Numbered from the stretch's first letter, positions 26,265 to 40,148 are shown. The stretch is 64,000 nucleotides of DNA from Gekko japonicus (GCF_001447785.1 NW_015173751.1:18875-82874), one strand, 5' to 3'. Translations and numbers: made by a program. Notes: generated from the letters alone by a model not told the origin.

Positions 26265-26802
26265 ACAAATAAATTATCTTAATAAAGTATCTTATTCCAA
26301 GACACTGAAAGGCTGGACAACATATCCAATTACCATGTCAGATTACACAGGGAAGCCATTGAAATTCATAAACATAAACACAATTTCAACAGGAAAGAAG
26401 AGAGTTTTAAAATATATAGGGCATGGTTTCTGTCCTGAAAAACACAAAATGCTCTACATTTTACCACAGCACTACAGGTAAGATTAGAATTTCAACAGCC
26501 AATCCATATGCAAAAAAACCTCTGCAGGAAAGCCCCTCAATTAGCATGTCACAGCCTGGGAAGCTCCTACAAGATAATGACTCAGCCCTACCCCACCTTC
26601 CTGAATAGATATAAATCACCTCCCTACTATTTTTCTTCTTACATTGACACAAAGAGTACTCCATCTTTCTCTGTTATACCTCTGAAAATGCCAGTCACAG
26701 CTACTGGTGAAATGTCAGATACTACAGTGCCAAGACCACAGCCATAAAGCCCGGAAAATCTACAACAACTAATGAATTCCGGCCATGAAAGCCTTCAACA
26801 AC
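26265..26802 (+). mobile_element. Penelope-like element 3' fragment (GIY-YIG C-terminus and pLTR with decayed hammerhead)
   Basis: LDNISNYHVRLHREAIEIHKHKHNFNRKEESFK at ~26313-26411; ctgaaaatgccagtcacagctactggtgaaatgtc at 26682-26716; typical ...ccggccatgaaagccttcaacaaca end. Confidence 0.8.
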
Positions 26803-27116
26803 AGTTTTTCAGCTGGTGAAAAGGAAAGACACAAGGATCTCCTTTAGACAAAGGCATGTGTGATTGGTGCTGAAGCAAAGAGGGAAATTAGGTGAGATTG
26901 AGTGGAAAACATGGCTAGATCCCACCCATACACACTTGGATTGGTTTTATATCAGTTTGACTTCCAGGTTTCCTCCACTAATGAATCTTAGGAACAATAA
27001 TTGGTTGAGAGTGTTGAAAATTCTCTGAGACCCTTGACTCTTGCAGAGGACTACATTTCCCAAGGTTCTCTGAGAAGAAAGAATGACTATTAAACCAGTT
27101 TAAGTTGGGAGTGTAA

Positions 27117-27673
27117 GGCTGCAATCATACGAGTGGAAAACAGACCCACCATAGACCCACCATAGGCATGAATGCCAGGTGGATTTAAAAACAACATCTG
27201 GGAAGTGCCCCGCAGCCATTGGCAACCCATTCTGCTCCACCGCAGAAGTGGAGTAAAAAGACACTGGGGAAAATCCAGTAGTAAACAGGTTGCAACGGGC
27301 CACGGATGGACTTTCCCCTGTCTGATTGCTCCAGCGCACTCTCATGGCATTGGGATGGTCTCATCAGGCCATCCCAACTCTGTGCCATTGTTTTTTTTTA
27401 CCCCTTCTCATCATCGCACATCATCGCAAACTCCATAGGGAGCCCTCAGTGCGGCGATGTGATTAATTCATTTCTGATTTAAACACATCAGAAACAAACA
27501 GCAAAAAAAAACCAACAACACCAACTCACCCGCGTTTGTGTCTGATCACACAGTGGCAGGCTATGCCCGCAGCTTCCAAGGACTGTGTGATCACACAACT
27601 GTGGATCAAATTCCTGCAGAGGAAATAGCCTCGCTCCCCCCCCCCACTTTATCTTGCGCATGTGACCACAACC
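27117..27673. mobile_element. Harbinger-like non-autonomous DNA transposon
   Basis: ggctgcaatcatac...tgtgaccacaacc TIRs, TAA on both flanks; internal sequence homologous (inverted) to 53124-53662. Confidence 0.75.
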
Positions 27674-27679
27674 TAAATT

Positions 27680-27974
27680 AGGGTTGCCAGAAAGAGTCTG
27701 GCTCCTGGCAGGAGATGCACTGTTGGCGGAGCTTGACTATGAGATAGTGACATTACCAGCATCATGCTGACCTCATTTTTGGTGCTGCCAGAAGTGATGT
27801 CATTTTTTGCTGGCAACGCTCCAGCATTTGTCCCAAACTCTGTGGTTGTGCTGGAAGTAATGTCAGCGCATTGGGGTGCTGGCAATCACCCCCCCCCCAA
27901 CTTCTTCCAATTTCTCTCACCAGGGCCCACTGGGGGCAGGAGATTCCCTGCCCCCAGCAGAAACATGGCAACCC
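27680..27974. mobile_element. AGGGTTGCCA-type MITE
   Basis: tagggttgcca...tggcaacccta perfect TIRs. Confidence 0.8.
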
Positions 27975-30900
27975 TAATGTAGATATGCCTTTGGTTTCTT
28001 AGCACTGTTACTTCTGAGTTCCCTTAGTTAGTTGGCATTTTCCTGTGACACTTCCCAAAGAGTGCAAAGATTGCAGTTACTACTTTTGTTCACCTCACTG
28101 TCATTATGATGGATGCGACCTGAACATTAGCCACAGCAGATGATTTTTTAAAAATGTCTAGAAATATGCTTTTCTCATTCAGGTCATAAGGAATAGGTCC
28201 TGATAATGATTGATAAGTCTGGGTTAAAAAGCCAATGAGCAACATACAAAGCAACCGAAGTGCTTTCATAACTTTCTTTAACAAATAGCCTTCTTTGTTC
28301 TTATAAAAATATTCTTAGATTATTGTAAGGGTGCCCTGGGTAATAATTGCTAAATGAGTCTAGAATTTGACAAGAGAACTTAATTTGATTAGATGATGCT
28401 TCATGGATTTGTAATTTATTCTCATTAATAGCTTCTAAATAATTGTTCTATCAGACTACAAGTGGCAAACAATTACAACCGGCTCTTTAATCAGCCCATG
28501 AATCCTAACCAGAAGTGGCAGGGCATTTACTTATAAGTTGCTTATTTAAAATGCCCCCTGACTGTTCTGGAGATCGGTGTATAAATACACTGGGGGGGGG
28601 GGGGGGGGGCACTCCATGAAATGGAAAGTAGGTGACTATTTGAGATGAAACTAGGAAAGCTTATCTACCACTATCTGTGCTTAAGGAAGAAAATCATTTC
28701 CTATCAACCTTAAGATAACTGTTGTTGACTGTGTATCTCTCTCTTTATATGAAGTTTCTGATCAAATGGAGGTATGTTTACAAAGAATCACTAAAGAAAG
28801 AGGTTAAAATTCACTTGAAAAAAACTGTCAAATCAGGGAGTCTCTTAAAGTCCCTGGGGTGTGAGGAACTAAGGACGGAGCTGTATAGGGGAAGGGGTGG
28901 GGTTAGGTCTACCTCATTTCTCAATGGCTCCCCATGGATTCTGCAGTTATTTCTCAGTCTTCCTTCTCATTTCTCTTTCCCTGTTCTAAATGGCTTTTGT
29001 CCATATGGATTCCACAATCTCTGGCCCAGGTTTTTTGGTGGTTGAAGGGGGCACCTCCTCCCTCTGTTATCATTGAAAAAGCTAGCAGGATCCAACCCCT
29101 TAAATTTCAAAATCTCCATTTAGCCATGAACTGTCCTCTGGTCCTTTCAGGAATGAATGGAAGATAATTCTGTAGATGTATAAATGCTCAAGGAACTCAG
29201 ACTCTGGTGGTCACTAGGACAAGTTTAGTTCCCATTTCAGTATTGTCCTCAATTTCACATCATGATTTCTTTCTAAGTGACCAGTATTCATCCATATGGG
29301 AGAAAATTGCTGCACTTTTGATGATGTTGTGATAGACACCCAAAATTTGCCCAGCCTCTCCTGACTCTGGGTGGTTCACCTTCCAAGAGGGGCAGCAAGA
29401 AGATTCAGATGCAAATATACAGATTCACTGTCTGCATATACTTCAGCCATCATACCAGGGGATTTTCCTCTAGCAAAAGAATACCTGTTCAAGCAATCAG
29501 CTTTTGTCAGAGAAAGTAGACTGAATCATGTGTTTACTTGCTGAAGGCCTCGGTGGATGCCAGGTACGAGTTAAATACATCATCATTAATTTTAATAACT
29601 CTGGCGTAGACAATGTGAGTTTCATTCTAGCGTGAATTGGCTGTATTAAAACAGGTGAAATATGATTTTTAATTTCTGTGTGTGATTCATCATCACAGGA
29701 TAACTTATTATAGTATCATCTAATGGCAGCATTAAGGGTCTATGGGCATTTGTGCTATGAACTCCTAGAACACTAAGAACATTATGTGTAGGTAACAGTT
29801 CTTCTGAATAGTGCTTTACCTTTAGTTTTCAATGTCATTTTAAAAACTGGAACTTTTGTAAGCAATAACAGTTGGAATGAAATACAGGTACAATATAAAA
29901 ATCTAAATTTATCCTTTTCTCTATAGCACTTGGGGGGCACTTTTAAGTACTATTTCTATATCAGTTCGGGAACATGTTGTTTACTATTGGATGCAGGCAT
30001 TTATTTTTTTTTAAAGAGCTGACAAATGGTAGATGTTTAGTTGTAAGGAACTCTATGGGAGTAAGCTAAAGGGGCTTTATTATTCCTTTTCAAATCCATG
30101 CCATCATCTATACAGAAAATGCATCCATCCGTATGGTGCTGTGTTTTTATTTCATCCATGTTTGCTAATTTCCTACATTACCATGATCATTTCTCAGGTT
30201 TGTCAATGAGAGCCAGACCTTTCAACCCTGATCCAACCTAGGGAGCAATAGTATACATGTGTATGTTCCTGTTGATTTCAGTGGAGGAATGTTGTTGCAT
30301 ACCAGGTGAGGCAAGAGTAAAACCTTCAGTGGTCAACCAGGGTGGCGAAACGGAGACTCAAGAATGTGATATGTCTGGCCAAGATCAGCTGGATGATGCA
30401 AGAAGGCAGCTAAATGGCAAGAGATTTCTAGTCTGATCATATATTGCGATGGCTGAAGGCCAAGCTATGCATGGTGAGCTGTTCTGTGATTTTCCCATTA
30501 TCTTTTAAAAACAACAACAGCAGCAGCAGCAGCAGCAAGAGTGTTGACTCAAATCAGAACTGNNNNNNNNNNNNNNNNNNNNNNNNATTCCTGCTCCCTC
30601 CCATCTATTTTCTTCTTGAGATGAAAGAATCACGGAACTGCTCATCATAGTTAATTGGGCTCTAAGAGCTGAGATGTAAATTAGGAATCACATGTGAAGC
30701 TGCCTTATGCTGACTCAGACCCATCAAAGTCAGTGTTGTCAACTGGCAGCAGGTCTCCAGGGTCTCAGGTAAATGTCCTTCACTTCAACTACTAGCTGAT
30801 CCTTTTAACTGCGGATATCAGGGATTGAACCTGGGACCTTCCGCCTGCCAAGCAGATGGCTCTTCACTAGGAACAGTCTTGCCCAATCTTGCTGTCTCTG

Positions 30901-33900
30901 TGCTGCTCTTTGCAGTTTGTCTTATAAGCGGCCAAATTTTGGTTTTCTTAGCTCTGTATGACAGGCAGAGAGGCGCTTGACAATATCATATGGACAGACA
31001 AGGAGAGAAATCTGGCCTTGCATGTCAGTTTATCTCACAGGTGTGGTGTTCAGTTTACTAAGGAACAAATGTGACCCCCTCTAATACCAAGGAGAGAAAT
31101 CTGGCCTTGCATGTCAATTCATCTCACAGGTGTGCAGTTCAGTTTACTAAGGAGCAAATGTGAAGTGCTTTGCACCCCCTCTAATTCTATGTTTATCCCA
31201 TTCATCATGATTATCTGTAGTTGGAATGGGATGAAATAGCCTTTTCCTTTAACTATCATTTTTTAAATCTTGCTGTTCCCCAGGGGCATTCAGAGCAGCA
31301 AAATAAGTTCTCTTCCCCCTTTATTTTCACATATATTGTGAAGTCAATTAGTTTGAAGGTGGGGGGAATGTGAGCAAGAATACATTGCCTACATTCTGAC
31401 AGCTTTCCCTTGATCACAGTAGAGGGAATATTTGAACCCAGAACTCCAGATCTTCCCCCTTCAAGCTCAGTACTCTAGCCACCACACCACCCTGGCTTTC
31501 GTTCTGCTACACAAATGTTCCAAATAATTTTGCAACTGTAACTTCAATTCCTTTGGTAGAACTGCCTGGAAGCTTTTCAGTGGCTTCGCATTAAAAGCAC
31601 AATACAGCAATTTAACGATAGCATTCAGTCAGCCGTCAGAGTGAATTCTCTAGCATAATATTTTGACAGGATTTTTATGAATACGTTATGCTGGGTATCA
31701 GATTCCTGCCTAATCACGGAGCTAATCTCTGCCTTTTTATAGGTTTTTACCAATGTTCCATAATTTTTTCCCGCTTCTCTGCTGCTTTAGTAAGATGGAA
31801 CTGTAATAATTAGAAAAGCTAATGAGAGCTAATATACATTGCATAAATCTTGGCACCTTTTTACTGATCATTTCTAAACCATTTTTTCCCCCTGTAATAA
31901 TCCATGACATTAATTCATTAACAAGGGATTCTAAACTCTTGTCTTTATTGGTCTTTCTCAAGTCTTTCAGACTTTTTCAGATATCCAGATTAGGTGAGCC
32001 TCTGGCTGACCCATTGTATCTCACTATGCCTAGATCTATTCATGTCAACCAGAACCTACATATATATATCCCCACATTATCCCTGGTTCACATTACAATG
32101 GTGTAGAAGAGCATATGAAACTATGTACAATATCTATGCCTTGATGATTATAAGCAAACCTGCCAGGAGTTTAGAACTCGGGTGCAACCAAGTTCTACTC
32201 CGCTTGGCATCTGGTTTCAGCTAGGCAGAAGAAGAAGAGAACAGGAACAAGGTGCATTTGTCAAGTTATGGACCTACTAAAAAAAAAAAGCCTCAGAGCA
32301 TGTCCAAGAAGGTAAAGCCCAACTGGAGGTCATTGTTATGGTGGAGGAAAAACTTGCCCTAAACTAGGGGGCAGTTGCCACTGTGAGAAGGATATGGGGA
32401 AGAAATTTCAGGGCATTTTGCTAGGAGTAGATAAGAAGTATAGTATGGTTGCACCTGTCACGGAGTGAGTGGACCTATATGCCATTATTTATTTTCTTCC
32501 TTTACAGAAACAATTAAACTTTAAAAAAAGAGTTGACTGGAACTGTAAATAACAGTGCCACACTAGAACATCAGTATCTTTAAGCACAGTGAGTAGCAGC
32601 AGAGGCAGAGATGGAGAGGTCAGAACAACCAGAGATAACAGTGTGAATACATATTCTCTAGTTACTGCACTGTTGAATTCTGGCTTCCTTATTGACCCCA
32701 GAACTGTTTTGAAGGTATGTTCATATTTATTGTTATGTCTTTTCAATCAGCCAGAAGATCTTTTTTCTTAAAAAACCACAACTGAGAAAACATTTTTTTT
32801 TCTATAAATCTAAACTTACCTGCCATTCAGAGCTGTGATATTACAGATTTGGACTCCTAGGGACTTTTCAGGAGTGCCTGCTGTTCTGTGAGGGTGGGGG
32901 GAAGGCATCTTCTTTTTTTCTCTGTGTGTATTTCCTGACTTTAAGAGCTTCCATACCCTGGTGATTATTTCTCAGTTTTCATTTCCTATCCAGAACACAG
33001 GAAGCAATTGTAAGAGATCTACCTCACAGAATATATGATAAAGAAGTCTGAATAAAGGCATCAGTATAAAACGCAAAGAAAACAATGAACTTTATCAGTT
33101 CCAAAACGTTGGTTAAGGGCCAGGCTAAGTGCTGTACTTTTGAGAGGTCATACCATTCTCAAGATAATAGTCAGGGTGGGGATGGAAACGTTTTCAATCA
33201 CTCACTGTCCCTCATGTATCTGTAATATGTTTTCACCTCATTTTCACATGATCCTTCCTCCGAGGAACTCAGGCATACCCAGGCATACTAAGTTCTCTCT
33301 TGCCCCTCCCTCATTTTATCCTCACAACAACCCTATGAGATATATTAGGGTAAGATAGAGTGACTGGTCCAAGTCACCAAGTGAGTTTCATGGCAAATGG
33401 GGATTGAACCTGGATCTTCTAGGTCCTAATCCAGTACCTTTACCACTGCTCCATGCTGGCTATGTACATACTCTGTAATGAATTAGGTGTCATCTAGCTT
33501 CACCATCATGGAGCAAACAAATTCAGACATAGGGAATTTGCACATATCTAATTCACAAAGAGGTGTTATGATGAACTGTATACTCTGCTCCTCTTCTTCC
33601 AGCTAAAATATTTTTTTTCTTTCCACGTAAATGGAACTGTTTCTTAATTAGCATTTGGCAAGTATCCCAGATGCCAAATAAACCAAGCTAGCTACACATC
33701 ACCAACTGGCTGTGTCTGGTTCAAGGATACATGGAACTGCCTCATAGCTCTAAGTGGATGCCAGTTGTACATTACCTTATTTATGAGCGTCTTGATCCTT
33801 TGTGAAGAGGAGAAAGACATCATTCTGATGTCTATCAAGATAAATTTTAGTACCAAATATGAAATCTAACTAGGTTGCATTTTGCAATCCAAACAGGGTC

Positions 33901-33942
33901 CCTTCCCCCTTTGACTGCTCATCAGATTGATTGCTATTCTAA

Positions 33943-34377
33943 GGCCCCTGCCACACAGGGGGAAAAATGCGTGGCCAAAGTGCGGTTTTTGGAAGCCGCA
34001 CCAAAATAGACACGCCGCGGCGGGATCACATGAATCCCCTGAGCCGTTGCTCCCCAGCACAATCAGATGCCGGGGATGAAGCCACGGTCGGAGACCAAGG
34101 CAGCCGGCTGCGCATGTGTGCACATGCGCAGTTCGTCCAGGAGCCGGGAATGCGCCGGTAGAAGGACGCGCCGACAATCCCACGGTTGCGCTTGCCGTGG
34201 CCGTTCAGGTAAAACCACCTCTGTCAGTGGTTCTTTTTTGCTGCGGGTTTTCGGGGGTAGGGACGGATCGGGGACAGGTCCGCACCACTTCCCAGATGTT
34301 GCGGTGAGATCGTGCCCGTTTGCTGTGCCCCCGATCCATCCCTATCCCGGGCCAAAACCCTCGGTGTGACTGGGACC
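33943..34377. mobile_element. Harbinger-like non-autonomous DNA transposon, CpG-rich (young)
   Basis: ggcccctgccacac...gtgtgactgggacc TIRs with TAA on both flanks. Confidence 0.75.
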
Positions 34378-34877
34378 TAAGGTACTTTCATATTTTCATC
34401 CTGAGCCTTGGCCCAAAAGGATTTAGAGCTATGCAGTGCATGTCCAAGTTATGCCAGCCTTTCTCAAATATCTGTGAGCCTCATGTGTGGTCAGTTTCAT
34501 GCTCCTGTACCATCAGTATCAGGGTCTCAGGATGAGGCTGCTCACGAGCAATATAACAACCAAGTCCACGTCTGCATACTGGCACTGAATCTGTAAATGT
34601 CTGGATCACTTCTCTGTGGCACATTGAGTGCACTCCTGAGCTCTGAGGCTATTAGAAAATAGATAGTGAACAGAGTCTAACTATTGGCCTGTTTGGTCTA
34701 GGTTTTTTTTTTTTTTTGGTTTTTTTTTAAATATTTATACATTTATATCCTGCCTTTCCTCATGGTCCAAGGAGGCTCTTACTTGCAGCAACTATGAGGG
34801 TTTTTAAATATTCAGCTCTTTTACCTGAGATACTTTAACAGGTTGTATGTGCAGGGATGGAATGTACTTCACACCGA

Positions 34878-35345
34878 CATCTAAAAAAGTACATAATGAA
34901 GGTCGGACCAGAACCAATGGGTTCAAATTAAATCAGAAGAGTTTTCGGCTAAACATTAGGAAGAACTCCCTGACAGTTAGTGCAGTTCCTCAGTGGAACA
35001 GTGGGCTCGCCTTCTTTGCAGGATTTCAAAGAGAGGCTAGACAACAATGCTGATTGGGTGAACTTAGGCAGATCATGAGTGGGAGGGCAGGAAGGGTTGC
35101 ATCAGTGCCTAGTTCTTGTGGCTTTCTTACATACCCAGGGAAATGCTGATCACCACCTTTGGGTTCAGGAAGCAATTTTTCTCCAGGCCAGTTTGGCTGG
35201 AGATCCTAGAGGTTTTTTGACATCTCCTGGGCATGGAACAGAGATCACTGGGGGTGTGGGGGGAGGTGTTTGTGAATTTCCTGCATTGTAGGGGGTTGGA
35301 CTAGATGACCCTGGAGGTCCCTTCCAACTCTATGATTCTATGATC
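34878..35345 (+). mobile_element. CR1 LINE 3' end
   Basis: EGRTRTNGFKLNQKSFRLNIRKN...VPQWN ORF2 C-terminus; gggttggactagatgacc...ggtcccttccaactctatgattctatga tail. Confidence 0.92.
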
Positions 35346-36104
35346 TCTGGATGACTGTTGTTGCTGAAAATTCTCCTCCACGATACCAACCTTGGTGCCA
35401 TGCTTTTATTGTTAATCTGACTATATAAAATGAAAATGCCATTTACCTTGACAAAATTGATGCCTACCAAAAAGGACGGGGGTAAATTTGCTAAAAGGAC
35501 AGGGGTAGATTGGTGTCTGCAGTCCCTTTAGAATGCTTATGACTGCCTGCGTATTTGCTTTCAGATCTTTGTATTAATCCTTTGTGTAAACTATAAAGAG
35601 CCATGAAAAGGAACTGCAATGAAGGAGGCTAATGGAAGGATTTAGACAAGGTGAAGACCATTAAAAGAAGACTGTGATAGCCTTTTATTATGTAGTTTAT
35701 TGCTTTGCAGGAAATGAATTCTCTGAGGACTCATGGCAATGTGTAGGTGTGAACTATCTCATATTTGCTGTCTTTAGACCAGTGGAATCTCTGGAGCAAT
35801 TGAATCCATTCATTAATTTAGACAATTTATATCTTGCCTTTCCATTTAGAATGAGCTCTCAAGGTGGTAATGTACAGTAATTAGGCAAATAATGAACTAA
35901 GGAGTATGCTCAGTGCTTTAGAAAAATGTCACTAACATACAGGTTGTAGGAGGGAGTATGGAGTTTACTGGACAGGAACATAACAGAAATGTTCAAGGGG
36001 AGATTTAGTCAGTTTAGTTTGGTTGTTTTAGACAGTACCATTCACAGGTGTGTGTTATGCTGATGGGCAGTAAAAACCACCAGTGCAATGTGGAAAGGTA
36101 GTAA

Positions 36105-36478
36105 GCCAGTTTGGTGTAGTGGTTAAGTGTGCGGACTCTAATCTTGGAGAACCAGGTTTGATTCCCCACTCCTCCACTTGCACCTGGCTGGATGACCTTG
36201 GGCAAGCCGTAGTTCTCATCTAATCTGGGAGAATCAGGTTTGATTCCCCACTCCTCCACATGCAGCTGCTGGTGTGACCTTCGGTTAGTCATAAATTCTC
36301 TCAGAGTTGTTCTCTCATGAGCAGTTCTCAAGAGAGCTCTCTCAGCCCCACCTACCTCACAGGGTGTCTATTGTGGGGAGAGGAAGAGAAGGGGATTGTA
36401 AACCACTCCGAGACCCCTTCAGGTAGTGAAAGGTGGAGCATAAATCCAATCTCCTCCTCCTCCTCCTCTTCTTCTTCC
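36105..36478 (+). mobile_element. Squam3-like SINE with duplicated 5' head
   Basis: A-box tggtgtagtgg; B-box ggtttgattcccc present twice (~36154 and ~36237); ctcagccccacctacctcacaggg core; (CTC/CTT)n tail. Confidence 0.85.
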
Positions 36479-36732
36479 CTCCTGGAAAACCTTCATGTCT
36501 TTTGTGCCCCATTCCCCAATAACAAGTGGGGGTTGCTTCAGGGGAAGAACAACACCTTTTGTGAGCCTCAGCACCCCCTCATTTCAACTCAGTACTCAAC
36601 TGAAATCATATATAGCCTTTCTCCCTATCGCTGACAACATGAACTCCACTGTATGTTTTTTTTTATTCCTGATACTCTACATTAGCCTGTGGGCACATCT
36701 GGAATTCTATCATAGGGTGGTGGGCACAATTT

Positions 36733-36978
36733 AGGGATGCCAGCCTCCAGGTGGGACCAGGGGATCCCCTGGAATTATACTGTTTTTCCAGATGATCAAG
36801 ATCATTTCCCCTGGAGAAAATGGATTCTTTGGAGGGTGGGTTCTGTCGCATTATACCCCACTGAAGCTCCTATCCTCCCCAGACTCCATCTCCAAATCTC
36901 CAGCACCTCCCAACCTGGATATGGCAATCCTACTCTCCCATCTCCTGCTGGTGGCTGAGGGGACCTAGGGCAACCCTA
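36733..36978. mobile_element. AGGGTTGCCA-type MITE
   Basis: tagggatgccagcctccaggtgg...ggcaacccta. Same family as ~250-498 (-) and the element at ~37962-38478. Confidence 0.7.
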
Positions 36979-38108
36979 GCGCAACTACAAAATGGCTGCT
37001 GTGGGGAATGGAGACCAGCCACAAAGTTTTGGGAAATGAGGTTATGCATTACTCTAAAAGTAACTCTTCAACATTTTGGGCTGAAGGTCTGCTAAACAGA
37101 ATGCTCTTCTAAGTGAACACGTTGTTTAAAAGTATTTTGCTGTTTACACACAGCTTACCTGCATTAAAGCAGTGAAGATCCTTGTTGTATGGTGGCAGCT
37201 GCTGCTGAAGCAACTTTTTAAAAAAGAAAGCTGCACAGTCAATCAGAAGCCCTGCTGTGCGAAGCATCACTTGGCTCCACTCACATTTTAAAAATGGGGG
37301 AGGCATCAGAAAAGGTGTGGGCAGGCATCAAGTGGGAGCTCCTGGAACTACGCTGTCTTACAGTTAGGCCAGAGCACTTGTGAACTAGGAATAAATTGAT
37401 TTGAATGGGGTAAAGGCAATTAAAACGAGCTGTGTCTGTTACTGACAAACACACGTGCATTGAATTGGGACAGTGACAGCTTATATTAAGGAAGCAGTGG
37501 TGGATGGCTAGATTTGAAGGAGTTCGCACTGGTGGTGGTGGGGAACCTTTCCCCCCTTTAAGTGCAAAAAAGGATCACAGTGACTGAATCGATAAAGTTT
37601 AGAGATTCTTTTGTTGCTGTTGCTGTTGTTTTACCATGGAAGGACTGTCAGGAGGGATGTTGTACTTGGAAGAGAAATGAATCGGGTATTTTTAGAACCA
37701 ACTATTCATTTCTATACTTGGCAAGGTAAAGGTAGTTCAGCATCCTAGTGGGGAAAAAATTACTGTCGGGTCAATTCAGTCCTAAGTCTTCACAGTATTA
37801 CGTAGAACTCTTTAACACAGGCATGTATTCATTTTCAAATTATCTGTGGATTGCCTGATTTGGGCTGATGCATGAACTAAAGGCAGAGGTGCATGTGAGA
37901 TGTAGTTTTATTATTTTTTTTCTGGGCTTTCAATTTTTTAACACAGCACAGCTTCTGAGGCTAGGGTTGTCAGGCTCCAAGTGGGGCCTGGAGATCTCCT
38001 ACAGTTACAACTGATTTCCAGACAATAGAGATCAAACCAACTGGAGAAAACAGCTGCTTTGGAGGATGGACTCTATGGCATTGTACTCAGCTGAGGTACT
38101 TGGCTGAG

Positions 38109-38405
38109 AGCCAGTTTGTTGTAGTGGTTAAGAGTACAGACTCTAGTCTGGGAAAACCAAGTTTGATTCCCCACTGCTCCACATGCAGCTGCTATTGTGA
38201 CCTTGGGTCAGTCATAAGTTCTTTCAGAGCTGTTCTCTCAAGGGCAGTTTTCGAGATAGCTCTCTCAGCCCCACCTACCTCACAGGGGTCTGCTGTGGGG
38301 AGGGAAAGGGAAAGGGATTGTAAGCCACTCTGAGACTCCTTTGGGTAGTGAAGGGTGGGGTATAAATCCAATCTCATATCTTCTTATTTTCTCTTCCTCT
38401 TCTTC
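38109..38405 (+). mobile_element. Squam3-like SINE nested inside an AGGGTTGCCA-type MITE (~37962-38478)
   Basis: Head, core and tail as at 36105-36478; MITE sequence continues on both sides. Confidence 0.8.
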
Positions 38406-39110
38406 TCAGACCCTGCCATCTGCAGGTGCCACCCCCCAAATCTCCAGGTATTTCCCAACCCAGAGCTGGCAACCCTATGCTGAGGCTGCAGTTTGGAGCA
38501 AAAGACCAGCTATGGTGGGGAGAAGTTTGTTCACCCTTTGTGTGCAGGTTCTTCTTCTTTTGCAGAAAATTCACGGTCCCCAAATGCTGTTATCATTGTG
38601 GGAGAAATATGTTTTTCCCTTGTGAGGGCAAAAGCATCATGGGAAAGAATCATGACATGATAATGAATGTGTTGTTTCAAATGCAGCATGAGCATACGAG
38701 AGTTCTGTCCTCGATGTGGTACGGTCCTTAGAGTGCTGGGGACCCAGATTTAAATCCCCACTTTGCAGTGGGGTGACCTTGGGACAGTCACTCCTTCTCA
38801 GTCTTACCTACCTCATGGTTTCTTGTGGAAATAAATGCAGGCAGCGGGAATGACATAAACCACTCTGAGTACCCATTGGGTCCCTGGTTCAGGTTAGAAA
38901 GTTTGTGGGTCCCTGGTTCAGGTTAGAAAGTGTGGTGCCTCTGCTGTTGGAGCTACCCTAGAATAAGGCAGTGCCTCTCAGCTACAATTGTGACACATGA
39001 CATATAAATCCTTATATATCTGCTTCTAAGTCTGCAGGACCAAGAAAACAGCTAATCTGCAAACTGCAACTGTTCCTGAAGTATTTGGCTCATTCAGCAT
39101 CTTTTACATT

Positions 39111-39247
39111 GGCCCCGGTCACACGGGCAGGAAACTGCAGAGGAGAAGCGTGGCTGTTTGCCCTGGGGCAAACTACTGCGCAGTTACGTGATCAGACCTC
39201 CTGTGGAGGTACCGTGGAGGTTCCATGGGTTACGTGTGACCGCAGCC
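39111..39247. mobile_element. Short Harbinger-like MITE
   Basis: ggccccggtcacacg...cgtgtgaccgcagcc TIRs. Confidence 0.6.
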
Positions 39248-39575
39248 ACTGTTAATTTCCTAAGCCTGTTTAGAAGTAGGGAATGTGTGCATGTGGGAAA
39301 TGTGTGTACAGCAAAAGTACCATAAAGGCCAAAGACCAAGGGTGCACATCCTGGCCTTGGAACAGATTATTCCCTTCTAAAATGGCACAACTTCTCTGTG
39401 TAAGCCAAGCCTTCCTTGCCCCTCCCCCAACCCCATGAAGCTTGTATTGGGAGACTAGGGGAAATGATCCTTATCTGGCTCACATTTGTTAAAAAGTATT
39501 TGGGAATAAATAGGGTGATGCAAACCACGTGGAGGTGCTTTAATAAATTACTTAATACGACTTAAAGCCAGTTTT

Positions 39576-40148
39576 TTAGACATGCTCTCAAAGGAGATTG
39601 ATGTGTAAAAAAACAAACAGAGCAGTAGTATTCAAGCTGTGCTGTAGCAAACCCTGGGAATCCCTCAATGAGAAGACCGATAACACAAGACAATATTTCC
39701 TCAAAGACCGATAATCCACAAGTGATCTTTCCTTGAGATCTGCAATCTCAGGGTAGTGTAGTGTATGTCCTATTCTCAGTTGCTGTTGTTCCTTTTCATT
39801 GCCAAACCTGATGGGATCCAGCAGTAACCGAGCGTGCATCTTCCTTGGAGCATCATGTATTGTTGTTCACTCTTCCCTGCTCCTTCTGTACTGGGTGTGA
39901 TGGATTTCTCATCTCAAATGGCTTCAACATCCAGCCCTTTGAGTTTCTACAGATTTATCCAGCCATACTGGAGGTACCACACCTACAGCAACTCTCAAAT
40001 AATGAGCTAGATAGTCCCAAATAATCCCCTTTAAAGAAACCATTAGTTTGGCTCCAGTTTTTACTTTGGTACCAAAAAAATAGGAACGGTCTGGTTTAAC
40101 TTTATCTGCTTTGACATAAACAAATGATCCACCTTCCTCTGGAGTCAC
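39576..40148 (-). pseudogene. Degenerate 190-codon reading frame of unknown origin (candidate endogenous viral element or retrocopy)
   Basis: ORFs 39924-40148 and 39588-39839 are in one frame; all four internal stops are TGA; locally CpG-rich; terminal TAA overlaps TAAAAAA. Confidence 0.4.

Noticed and set aside
32160-32220. Hairpin ggagtttagaact...agttctactcc as a possible HDV-like ribozyme in a LINE 5' UTR
   Set aside because: I could not fit the nested double-pseudoknot topology; probably a decayed repeat fragment.
39576-40148. Selenoprotein or mitochondrial-code (NUMT) reading of the TGA codons
   Set aside because: Many AGA/AGG codons and no similarity to mitochondrial proteins; no selenoprotein motif or SECIS recognised; CpG decay is simpler.
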